A stretch of 64,000 bases of DNA from Mobula hypostoma. Lineage: Eukaryota. Positions 36,588 through 48,776 of the stretch are shown here, piece by piece. How positions within the stretch are numbered: position 1 is the stretch's first letter; each line of letters begins with the position of its first letter. A model generated the notes under the pieces. It was given only the letters and a program-made list of their open reading frames with translations. It had not been told where the DNA came from and did no database searches. The translations under genes and the position numbers were made by a program. The stretch lies in NCBI RefSeq assembly GCF_963921235.1, contig NC_086107.1:113462001-113526000 (forward strand). Direction: 5' to 3'.

Positions 36588-39500
36588 CTGATGAAAAGAA
36601 AAAATGGAGACCAGTTATGTGAGATCCGTCAATACAACTCAGAATTCCAAAGCCCTTCTCCCACATCATGAAGTGACCCCAACAACGACATTTCCTGGTG
36701 GAATTAATTGACCAATCTGACAATTAAAAAATGGATACATACCGCATTTATATCCAAGGTTCAAGGACCAGAAGGAGACAGCAAAGATAATTAGGCTGGT
36801 TCTTTTCATCTTCTGGTACTTCTGGAAAACATGAAGGAAAGAGACTCATTATCACTCCCCTGAACTTGAACCACATTTCCTTCCTGGGTGTTAGATACTC
36901 AAAGCTGGACCAGACAGAGACTGAAAAGGCCTTGACCAGGCAAACAGTGATGAGAGGGAAAACAGAGTGACAATTCATCTCCACGTCTTGCAAATGGGAA
37001 TATGTGGAGAACTTGTTATTATGATGGAAATAAGTCATTGAGCTGAGATAATGAGCAGTGAAGCTTTAAAGAGACGTGAGGTCTATAACGGTGCATTATT
37101 ACAATGACTTGGAGAGATGAAACTTTGACAAACTTCTATAGATGCGCGGTGGAGAGTATCCTCACTGGTTGTATCATGACCTGGTATGGAAACACCAATA
37201 CCCAACAATGGAAAGGTCTACAGAAAGTGGTGAATACAGCCCAGTCCACCCCAAGCAGAGCCCTCCCCACCGTTGAGCACATCCACAAGAAGTGTTTCCT
37301 CAAGAAAGCAGCATCCATAATCAAGACTATGTTTTTCTGCCACTGCGGGACAGCTTGCTCAACCAGACCGGTCAACTCACGCTGACTTGAGTGTATCTCT
37401 ATGTTACATTCACTGTTCTATTTATTATAAATTATTATACATTACTACGATTGCACATTGCACATTTAGACGGAGACATAACGTAAAGATTTTCACTCCT
37501 CATGCAGGTGAAGGATGTAAGAAATAAAGTCAATTCAAATTCAATTCAGTTCAATTTAATTCAATTCAATTCAATTTCTCTATTCTACTGTGACTGCCTG
37601 TAAGGAAATGAACCTCAAAGTAGTACATGCTGACATATACGTACAGCACCTTCATAATAAATTTACTTTGAGCTTTTGAACTTTGAGCTTTTTCTCGGTA
37701 TCCAGTGGAATGGAGAACAAGGGGTTTGGGGTTATTCCCTGGCAATATAAAGCTCAAGAGCGGGGATTCGGAACCTGGGGTTCACGGACTCCTTGCTTAA
37801 TGGTGTTAGCCCGTGGCAGGAGAAAGGGAAACCCCTGCTCCAGAGGGAATTGTGAGTGGATGTGAGGTTGAACTTGGAACACTGTTAGCCTTGCAGCGAG
37901 AAGTGTGTAGGTTTACCACGTGCCTAAGTTATGAGGGAAGATCAGATAAAGTAGAGCATTATTGCACGGAATTTAGAAGAACAGCTTTTTGATCTAGCAG
38001 AAGTTTTAAAGATAAAATAGAAAATCTGTGAGCAAGAAGACAAAATGGACGCCTCAAAGTCTCTGCACCAGTTTTGAAGGGCACTGAAGAAGGAAGATGG
38101 CCTTCATTAGTCGGTGGATTGAGCTAAGAGTCATGAAGTAATATTGCAGCTCTATAAAACTCTGGTTAGGCCACACTTGGAATATACGTAGATGAAAGAA
38201 ACGTGGAGAGTTATGCAGGAGGGAAGGGTTAGATCGATGATGAAGTAGATTAAAAGGTTGGTACAACAGCACGTACCAAGGGACCCGTCCTGTGCTGTAA
38301 CTGTTCTGTGTTCCTTATTAAAATGCATGATGGCTTTTACTTGGCCACAGGTCACCATTATTGAACAGGAATGGCCTTGCGAGGTAACTGACTTCCTCCT
38401 GTTCCATCCTAGTCCCTGTTGTCTTCTTTAGGACCTTAACCTGCCTGTCCCACCCATCCCGAACCACAAGTAGTCCTCTGCCTCCATCTTCCAGCCCCAC
38501 CCTCAGCTTCTTTCCTCCAAAACTGACATCCAAGTGACATGCACTGAAACTTCATCCTGCTCCCTATCTTCCCCTTTTCCTAAATTCCTCATCTGCTTTT
38601 TGTCTCCTCTCTGCTCCCCCAACTCTGAGAATTCTCCACAAATGTCTGTAGCCTCCTCAGGAGTGAAGACCCGGGGCTAAACAGAACGGTGGCCCACTCT
38701 CCCTCCTGCTTCTTGTTGGAGCTCTTCCGAATCCCGTCATCCACCTCATCACGGTGGTCCCACCATCAGGGGCATCCCTGCAACTTAGAATCACTCAGCC
38801 TCCTCTACCCTGGCCTTCCTTGTCAATCCTCCAGCGCTCGCCCCAGCTGAATGTCATTGCTTGAGATCAGCTTCTGACGTGCAGTAACTGAAAACTGTTG
38901 GCCCCCATCCAGAACCGCTGAAGTCCCATCAGTCACTTTGCACCGTGCTTTCATGGTACAAGCTTGAGGAGAACAAAGAATAAAATGATAAACAGGAACT
39001 ATTTATCAAAATAGACTGGCCATTGACTTCTAAGTGTGGCATTTCATCAAAGCATCTAACAGCACAGGAAGCTGAACACTGACTCCTGTGCGATGTGTAA
39101 ACACCACTGTGAGGTGTTGACACAGCTTAGACAAAGCTAGGTTTCAACGGTCTTTATGTTCTATGATAAAAGGCGTAGTTCGAGTGGACAGCCAGAGCCT
39201 TTTGCCCCTGGGTGGAAATGGCTAATACAAGGGGGCATAATTTGAAGGTGTTTGGAGGAAAGTGTAGGGGGGAGGTGTGATACCAGAGGTAATTTTGTTT
39301 TAAACAGAGAGACGCGGGTGTGTGGAAAACCCTGCCAGGGATGGTAGAGGCAGATACATTAAGGACAGTTCAGATAGACACATGGATGAGTGATAATGGA
39401 GGGTTATGTGGGAGGGGAGGGTGAGGTTGATTTTGGAGTCGGTTAAAAGGTCTGCACAACATTCTGGGCTGAAGGGCCTGTACTGAGCAGTACTGTTGTA

Positions 39501-40989
39501 GTTTCCATGTTCTAAAGCCTCCAGCAGTTCTCAGATCATTCCCAAATGAAGGACCAGTCATCGCCGCTCCTGAGAACATCATCGCTGTGATGATAGTTAT
39601 TGGTGTGGGACAGAACTAATAGCGTGGTAGTGTTAGTGGAGTGGTAGTTATTGGTGTGAGATGGTACCAGTAGAGTGGTAGTTACTGCAGTCAGGCAGTA
39701 TTAGTGGAGTAGTAGTTATTGGTGTTTGTTAGAACACCAGTGTAGAAGTGCCCCTGACTTAATAGTTTGGCCTGTTATTTTGTGAAAGGGGATTTGCTCA
39801 CATGTGGCACCAGCGTTATCATTTCCCAGTTAGCTTGTCAAAGCACCACATTCCCTGCCTGACAGAGCCTGCTAGACAGCCCATAAACACAAGAGATTCT
39901 GCGGATGCTGGAAACCCAGAATAACACAAACACAAAATGCCGGAGGAGCTCAGCAGGCCAGGCAGTATCCACGGCCCCTACCATTAACCGAGGGGTCTGT
40001 GAACCCCAGGTTAGGAGCTCCTGGCCTATGGAGTGGAGAAAGAAGTCAGCATTTCAGGCCGAAACCCTTCATCGGGACTCGTGAAGGTCTCGGCCCATGG
40101 CGTCGACCACTTATTCCCTTCCACAGATTGTGACCCACTTGCTGAATTCCCTCAAACATTTGGTGTGTCTTTCACTGAAGTGCTTAGTAGTTTATCAACC
40201 AGACAGCAGAGATGCCATCTCTTGCCATTTGTTTACAAAATAGAGAAAGTGAAAGGCGCTACAACGACCTTCGTCTCCCAGCATTGATGTCATGTGCCCT
40301 CCTACACTGCCGCGCTCTTGCAAAGAACCAGTTGAGCGCGAAGCTTCACTCGGGCTCTGCCGTTGTGACTAAAGCTGACATCAACCTTTAGCTGCCTTGG
40401 TGTGTGATGGTGAGGTGCTTTGCTGAGCCTGAGGCTGAAATATATTCTCGTACGGCTGCAAAGGAAATGTGTCTCACCACATCTGACCAAGAGCTGTTGG
40501 GCAAACTCTTGCAAAATAAAAACTGGATTAAGGTTAGAAAACAAAATGTGATCTTCTTGTGCAGTTAGGAAGGCTTTGTTTTTTAAGGGTATGAGTTAGA
40601 AATGGGATCTGGAATAGGACATTTGGCCCTGTGCTCCCTGCTACACCATTAAATGGCTGATCATTTAGTTCAGTATCACGTTCCCCATTATTAACCCCAT
40701 TTTGCCCCCCCCACCCCCCAACCACCCAGCTTCTGAACCGGTGTGGATAACTTCACTCACCTCAAATCAGAACCGTTCCACAATCCACAGACTCACTTTC
40801 AGGGATTCTAGAATTAATCTCAGTATTTTTTTTATTTGTAAAGTTTGACTTCTTTTGCACATTGGTTTTTTGTCAGTCTTTGTTTAGGTACAGATTTTCA
40901 TAAATTCTGTCGCATTTCTTTATTTACTTGTAAACAGCAGCAAGGAAGTGAAACTCAAGGGCAGCATATACGTACTTGCTTAATAAATA

Positions 40990-41240
40990 AGGCGCCGCGG
41001 ATAACGTCGTGGTTAGTGCCACTCTATCACAGTCGGTGTTTGGCGTTCAGTTCTGGTGTCACCTGGCGCGTCGGCGTTCAGAGTTCAATTCCAGCGTCAT
41101 CTGTAAGCAAGTTTGTACGTTCCTTCCTGAAAGTATGCGGGTTTCCTCTGGGTGCTCCGGTTTCCTCCTATAGTACAAAGACGCACCGGTTAGTAGGTTA
41201 ATAGTCACTGTAAATTGTCCTGTGATTAGGTTAGGAACAA
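40990..41240 (+). mobile_element. tRNA-derived (V-SINE/HE1-like) SINE
   Basis: B-box-like GAGTTCAATTCC and the central GGGTTTCCTCTGGGTGCTCCGGTTTCCTCC domain. Relatives at ~54410-54650, 54990-55195 (-), 60120-60320 and 8645-8930 (-). Confidence 0.65.
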
Positions 41241-42796
41241 GTATCAAGAAGGAGAGATGACCGGATCAGTGATTCTCCCTCAGCACTTGGGCACGAGCAC
41301 AGTCCTCTGTCAGCTACATAGAATAGTACAACCCGTTCAGACCACAGTGTTGTGTTGTCCATTTAGCCCACTCCAAAATCAATCTAACCCTCCCCTCCTA
41401 CATAGCCCTCCATTTCTCTATTATCCATGTGCATATCTCTCTTAAACATCCTTAATGTATCTGCCTCTACCCCCTCCCCTGGCAGGGTGTTCCATGCACC
41501 CACCACTCTCTGTGCAAAAAAAAAACTACCTCTGATATCCCCACTGTATTTACCTCCAATCACACTAAAATTGTGCCCCTTTGTATTAGCCATTTTGGCC
41601 CGGGGGGGGGGGGGCCTTATCACCTTGTACAGCTCTACCTAGTCACCTTTCATCTTCCGCTGCTCCAAAAAGAAAAGCCTAGCTCTCGTTCCTCATAAGA
41701 CATGCTTTCTTCATAAGAACAGAAAAGGTCCCCTTTATCCCCACTCTTTGCCTCCTGCCAGTCAGCCAATCTTCTATCCATGCTAGTATCTTTCCTGTAA
41801 TACCATGGGCTCCTATCGTTGTTTAGCAGTCTCACGTGCGGTACCTTGTCAAAAGCCTTCTGGAAATCCAAGTAAACAACATCCACCAACTCTCCTATGT
41901 CTACCCTATCTGTTATTTCCTCATCCTTTCTATAATGAGGTGTCAGAACGGAACATAATATTCCAAGTGTGGTCTAACCAGACATTTATAGTTGCAACCT
42001 TACCTCGTGGCTCTTGAACTCAGTTCCCTGACTAATCAGGGCTCTACAAAGGGTAGTCAAGACTGCCCAGTGCATCACCCCACTAGTCTACCACCTAACC
42101 CCCCCCCCATCAACATACAGTATATAGAGAAAGGAGCTAGAAAAGGAGCCAGTAACATCATGAAGGGGCCCACCCACCCTGCTCATGGACTGTCTGTCCC
42201 ACTCCCATCAGGGAGGAGGCTATGTAGCACCCACGCCAGGACCACCAGACTCAAAAACAGTTCCTTCCCCCAAGCAGTAAGGCTGATCAACACCTCCACC
42301 CACTGACTCCACCACCACTTTATTATTTCCCATCAGTCACCTTATGTACAGCCCAGTGTCACTTTATGGACAATCTATGCATAGAAGCGATCTTATTTAT
42401 ATTAATCGTGTGTTTTTTATTATTATTATTATTGTGTTCTTTTTCTTTTGTGTTTTTTTTGTGTTGCATCAGATCCGGAGTAACGCCCTCCTTACATTTG
42501 TGTGCAGGAAATATCATTAAACAAGCAACACGCTGTTCGCCTTCGTAACTTGTGCAGCAAGTTGATCGGACGTCATCCAAGTTTTGGGCAAAGTGGGAGA
42601 GTCCCCATCGGTGCAAGGACTCAGAAGGTGGAGGTTGCTGGTGAAGGAACTGGGGGGGAAGTGATAAAACAGTGTGGGCTCTCAATCTGCAATTTATTAG
42701 AGGGCGAAGAGAGCAGGGAAGGACTGGGATAGGATCTTGATCGGGTAAGAGCTGAAGTGTTGGGAAATGGGACTGAGTGGTTACTCCCACAGAGAG

Positions 42797-43342
42797 GTCT
42801 CCAGATTTGAGGAAGGACATTCTTGCTATTGAGAGAGTGCAGCGTAGGTTCACAAGGTTAATTCCTGGGATGGCGGGACTGTCATATGTCAAAAGATTGG
42901 AGTGTCTGGGCTTGTATACTCTGGAATTTAGAAGGCTGAGAGGGGATCTTATTGAAACATATATGATTATTAAGGGATTGGACACGCTGGAGGCAGGAAG
43001 CATGTTCCCACTGATGGGTGAGTCCAGAACCAGAGGCCACAGTTTAAGAATAAGGGGTAGGCCATTTAGAACAGAGTTGAGGAAAAACTTTTTCACCCAG
43101 AGAGTGGTGGATATATGGAATGCTCTGCCCCAGAAGGCTGTGGAGGCCAAGTCTCTGGATGCTTTCAAGAAAGAGATCGATAGAGCTCTTAAAGATAGCG
43201 GAATCAAAGGTTATGGAGATAAGGCAGGAACTGGATACTGATTGTGGATGATCAGCCATGATCAGAGTGAATGGCGGTGCTGGCTCGAAGGGCCGAATGG
43301 CCTACTCCTGCACCTAATGTCTATTGTCTATTGTCTATTGTT
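42797..43342 (+). mobile_element. CR1 LINE 3' end, young, intact ORF2 C-terminus
   Basis: ORF to 43241 (LRKDILAIERVQRRFTRLIPG...GIKGYGDKAGTGY*), with a (CTATTGT)n tail. Confidence 0.93.
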
Positions 43343-44356
43343 GATGGACTGAATGGCCAGCTGCTCTATGGTGTTATCACCCAGAGAATGAAACTAGCTG
43401 TTGCCTCAGTTTCTGGGGTCAGAGTAGAGCTACCCTTGCTGCTCATCCTGTGTTAGGTTGACAAAGCAAGAACTGGAATTACTTCACTTTATTGTCGCCA
43501 AACAATTGATACTAGAGCGTAAATCATCACAGCGATATTTGATTCTGTGCTTCGTGCTCCCTGGATTACAAATCGATAGTAAATATTAAAAATTTAAATT
43601 ATAAATCATAAATAGAAAATAGAATTGGTTTATTATTGTTGCGTGTACTGGGATACAGTGAAAAGCTTGCAATACCGTTCATCCAGATCAGATCATTATT
43701 CCTTATTTATTTATTTATTTGGTGATACAGCATGGAATAGGCCCTTCCAGCACTTCAAGCCACAGCACTCCAACGACCCCCGACAACTCCGATTTAACCC
43801 TGACCTGATCATGGGACAATTTACAATGACCAATTAGCCAATCCGGTACCTCTTAGGAACACGGAAAGAAACTGGGGCAACTGGGAAAAGCCATGCATTC
43901 CACAGGAGGGACGTTCAGAGAATCCTCACAGAGGACCCCAGAATCGAACTCCTAACTCCGATACCCCAAGTAGTTACAGGGCTATGCTAACCACTATGCT
44001 ACCGTGGTAACACAATAACAACGCAGAGTAGAGTTTGAGAGAAAGTGCAGTGCAGGTAAACAATAAGGTGCAAGAACATAGTCAGGTAGATCGTGAGGTC
44101 AAGAGTCCATCTTATCATGCTAGGGAACCAATTAATAGTCTATAATCTGGAGATTTCAATCAAACTCTATGAAGGAGACCCAGGATGCGTCCAGCCAATC
44201 AGGATGGAAAGGGATGACAATTTGGGGGGTGGAGGGGGAGACCAGAATCTCAGAGGGTGAGACCCAGGGTGTGGTCCGGGATCTCAGAGGGGAGACCCAG
44301 GATGCGTCCAGCCAATCAGGGTGGAAAGGTGAGGGTTGAGAGTTCTGGGGCGTCAC

Positions 44357-45187
44357 CCAGGATCTCAGGGGGTGAGACCCAGGATCTCAGGGGGCAAGAC
44401 CCAGGATATGACCCGGGATCTCAGGGGGTGAGACCCACGATGTGACCCAGGATATCAGGGGGTGAGACCCACGATGTGACCCAGGATCTCAGGGGGTGAG
44501 ACCCACGATGTGACCCAGGATCTCAGGGGGTGAGACCCAGGATGTGACCCAGGATCTTTGGGGTGAGACCCAGGATGTGACCCAGGATCTCAGGGGGCGA
44601 GACCCACGATGTGACCCAGGATCTCAGGGGGCAAGACCCATGATGTGACCCAGGATCTCAGGGGGTGAGACCCAGGATGTGACCCAGGATCTCAGGGGGT
44701 GAGACCCACGATGTGACCCAGGATCTCAGGGGGTGAGACCCAGGATGTGACCCAGGATCTCAGGGGGCGAGACCCAGGATGTGACCCAGGATCTTTGGGG
44801 TGAGACCCAGGATGTGACCCAGGATCTCAGGGGGCGAGACCCACGATGTGACCCAGGATCTCAGGGGGCGAGACCCATGATGTGACCCAGGATCTCAGGG
44901 GGTGAGACCCAGGATGTGACCCAGGATCTCAGGGGGTGAGACCCACGATGTGACCCAGGATCTCAGGGGGTGAGACCCAGGATGTGACCCAGGATCTCAG
45001 GGGGCGAGACCCAGGATGTGACCCAGGATCTTTGGGGTGAGACCCAGGATGTGACCCAGGATCTCAGGGGGCGAGACCCACGATGTGACCCAGGATCTCA
45101 GGGGGCGAGACCCACGATGTGACCCAGGATCTCAGGGGGCGAGACCCAGGATGTGACCCAGGATCTCAGGGGGTGAGACCCACGATG
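44357..45187. repeat. 34-bp minisatellite x ~24 (CCCAGGATCTCAGGGGGTGAGACCCACGATGTGA)
   Basis: Tandem units are directly visible. A 33-bp CTTTGGGG variant recurs every 237 bp. Confidence 0.95.
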
Positions 45188-46569
45188 CGTCCAGCCCATG
45201 AGGATAAAAAGGGGGGTGAGAATTCTCAAGTGCACTGTTGCATTCATGGGTGTGGAATTAATTTCTGTTGCTTCATGCTGAGGATTATGAGCCAAAGAGA
45301 AGATTTGAGAGAGGAGGGAACTGCAAAGGAAAGGTGAGGCACTAGTTAACTTTCTTATGCCACTTCCAATCAACACTTATTATTTCCTGTTTTCTTACCA
45401 GCAGGCTACCGCAGACCACAAACTATTTAACTCACCCCCATTAAAGGATCACATTTTTATCAAGTTCTCCCTCTGCAGACTGATTAACTCTTCCAATGCA
45501 CCAGGCACCCAAGGGGAATTCAATTGCAAAATTCGGTGGTGGAGCTGGTACTTATTGTTAATTTCTCTGGCCCCCAGACCAGCAACACCTTAAGATTTTT
45601 ACCCTTGTTTTCAAGCCTTTCCCTGATCTAGTCCTGCTGAGTTACAACCATTGCATTTCAGAGGCATTTAAATAGACGTTTAAATATAAAAGCCGTAAAG
45701 AAATGCTGTTGAAATGTGGGCAAATGTAGAAGAACAAAAGGGCTTAGCATGAATGTGATGGGCTGAATGGTTCATTTCTGTGCTATACAGCTCTATGTAC
45801 AACCTCCTTTATGTCACAAATAACCTTGGTTCTTGTGCCTCCAATTCTCTCCTCTGCATCCTCTCCTCACCCCCCGCCCATGTTAACCTTTCCTCCAAGG
45901 TGGGCCAATTTAGAATTTCCAGACTTGCCGAGTTCCTCTTCCACTTTGTGTGTGATGCTGAAGAATTTTTGTTTATGGAAAAAAAAATTCGTGAGCGTTT
46001 GTTAATGATGCTACAATTTATCCCCCCTGGACGAGGCATGTGGAGGTGATCCAGCGATTAATTCCCAGAGAATCAGGGGCAAATCCACGGGGCCAGCTCG
46101 ACAGTCTCTTTCCGCCACGATTGTAAGGAATGGGTTAAAAGGACAAGTGTGTGCCTGACAACTCAAAAACAGGACTGTGGCTTGTCTGGTGACCAGCCTG
46201 GTGAAGCTCACACATACGCCTACACACTTCAAGATGGACAAGTGGACAACACATTGCGATAGGCCGCAAGCTAAAAGCAAGGTTCTTAACGCAGCCTCGC
46301 CATCCCAGCCAAACCCCAGCAGCGAGCTCTTTTGGATTTGCACAATGCAAATTTCCTTCCCTGATTACAAAATGTGTGAATCAGCTCTGGCCGGCTGAGT
46401 TTATTTCTGTTGTGCGTAACCACACAATACAAACCAGCAGTATGACTAATAACACGCACTGCTAAATACGCTAACGCCACCTCATTTGTCACACACATTA
46501 ACTATATCTTCCTTTAACCAACTCTGAATGTCACACAAATTCAGCAACACACACAAATAATCTAATCTA

Positions 46570-47945
46570 AATTCAAGTTCCTGGGTATCAACGTCGCTGA
46601 GGATCCCCCCCACCCCCCGCCCCGGGCTCAACACGTTGATGCAACTACAAAGAAGGCACAGCAGCAGTTTTATTTCATTAGGAGTTTGAGGAGATTTGGT
46701 TTGTCACCAAAGTTGCTCACAAATTTCTACAGATGTACCTTGGAGAACATTCTAACTCGTTGCATCACCATCTGGTATGGTGGGGGGTGGGTGGTGGGCT
46801 AGGGGCACTACACAGGATCAGAAAAAGCTGCAGAAAGTTTTAAACTCAGCCAGTTCCATCATGGGTACTAGCCTCACCTTACCAGGTCCCCTTCAAAGGG
46901 CAATGTCTCGAAAAGGCAGCATCTATGATGAAGGATGCCCATCACATGCTCTCATCTGGTATTTAACGCTGCATCCTCTCTTCTCATTGCTACCATCAGG
47001 GAGGAGGTACAGGAGCCTGAAGACACACACTCAACGTTTCAAGAACAGTTTCTTCCCCCTCTGCCATCAGATTACTGACTGGACATTGACTCCATGAACA
47101 CTTCCTCGGCATTCATGGTCTGGATTGAGTTTAGGAATGTGCAGAAAGGCATTTCACAACTTGACCTGTACTAGCTGTGACAAGTCTTGGTGCTCTTTCC
47201 CACATTCAAGGATCATTGTACATGCCTGCAAGAGGATAATAGCCGACACGAGCGACAACAGATGCTGTAATTGGAGCAAGGCAACAAGTCGAGGAAATGG
47301 AAGGGCTGAAGGCCTGGTGCCACGCAAATAACCTCTTCCTCAACGTCAGCAAGATAAAGGAGATGGTTGCAAGCATGAGAGGATCTGCAGACGCTGGAAA
47401 TCCAAGCAATGCACACAAAATGCTAGAGGAACTCAGCAGGCCGGGCAGCATCTCTGGAAAAGGGTAAACAGTTGGCATTTCAGGCCAAGATCCTTCATCA
47501 GGACTCAAAGGAGATGGTTATTGGCCAGGAGAACTTGCGCCACTCAACATCCCTCTTCACATCAGAAAGGAGTGGAAACTGCGAGCAGTTTCAAAGTCCC
47601 GGGAGTGTGCATCTCACGCAACCTCTCATGGTCCCAGGTCACATCCTCCACAGTCAGGAAAGTTCAGCAATGCCTCTGCTTTCTGGGGAGAGCTGGACTA
47701 TGCACACCGATACGACCTTTTACAGATGGGAAGTATCACAGCATCACAGTGTGGCACGAAAAATGCACTGCAGCGGACAAGAAGGCTCTACAGCAGGTAG
47801 CTAGAACTGCCCAACACATCATGGGCACCAGCCTACCCACCATCAGGGACGTGTGTACAGAAAGGTGCCAGAGGAAGGCCAGTAACATCATGAAGGATCC
47901 CACCCACCCTGCTCATGGATTGTTTGTCCCATTCCCATCGATAGC
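46570..47945 (+). mobile_element. Two degenerate Rex1/Babar-type fragments with a Penelope 3' remnant (47375-47505)
   Basis: FYFIRSLRRFGLSPK..FYRCTLENIL, LLPSGRRYRSLKTHT, and KASNIMKDPTHPAHGLF. Confidence 0.75.
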
Positions 47946-48203
47946 TGCTTCCCACAAGCTGTTCAACATCTCAGCACCACTACATACACATCATCTAGCA
48001 TCATTTTATGTATATACAATATGCCTATGTATATCACAGGTTCCTAAAGTTGTCATAGCTGGGGGTAGTAGTGGGAATAAGCTATATTCCCACTATCCAA
48101 TATAACCCAATAGGTATAAAGTTCTCCAGATGGTGTGCAACTCTAACAGCCTCTGACAACCAAGTCCAAATCTTGGCCTTCACATGTGGCTTAGCTACTG
48201 GGC

Positions 48204-48776
48204 GTTGATGGAACTTTTCAAGTGCCTTCGAAACATCTTAAATATCAGCTGGGAAGATAGAAGAACCAACGTCAGTGTGCTAAATGAAGCAAAATCAACA
48301 AGCATTGAAGCCTATGTCATCAAGAACCAACTAAGATGGGGCGGTCATGTTGTTCGGATGAAAGACGAACATCTGCCGAAACAAATCTTCTACTCCCAGC
48401 TTAAAGAAGGCAAACGTAAAAGAGGCAGACAACAGAAGAGATTCAAAGACATCTTAAAAGCCAACATGAAGAAATGTAACATCGACATCAACAATTGGGA
48501 AACCAATGCCAAGGACAGAAAGCTCTGGCAAGCCATCATCTGAGAAGGAACAGCAACTTTCGAAGCCAACAGATGTGCAGAATTAGAAGAAAAGAGAAGA
48601 AAATGGAAAGAGAGGCAGCAACAACCAAAGCCCGATCTGCCATCTGGAACTACCTGTCCTGAATGCGGAAGAACTTCCAAAGCCAAGATTGGACTCATAA
48701 ACCACTTGAGAGTCCATAAGTAGATCAACAGAACGAAGACCATCATCCTCAACCTCGACGGATAGCCACGACGACG
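48204..48776 (+). mobile_element. RTE-clade LINE 3' fragment with C-terminal zinc finger
   Basis: CLRNILNISWEDRRTN..QLRWGGHVVRM..LPKQIFY..GKRKRGRQQKRFKD..DRKLW..CPECGR..GLINHLRVH, an (ACG)n tail, and TSD AGCTACTGGGC. Confidence 0.9.

Noticed and set aside
36890..36990. Alternative signal-peptide exon MNCHSVFPLITVCLVKAFSVSV
   Set aside because: I found no convincing phase-1 GT donor. The exon at 57615-57690 fits better, though this one is not formally excluded.
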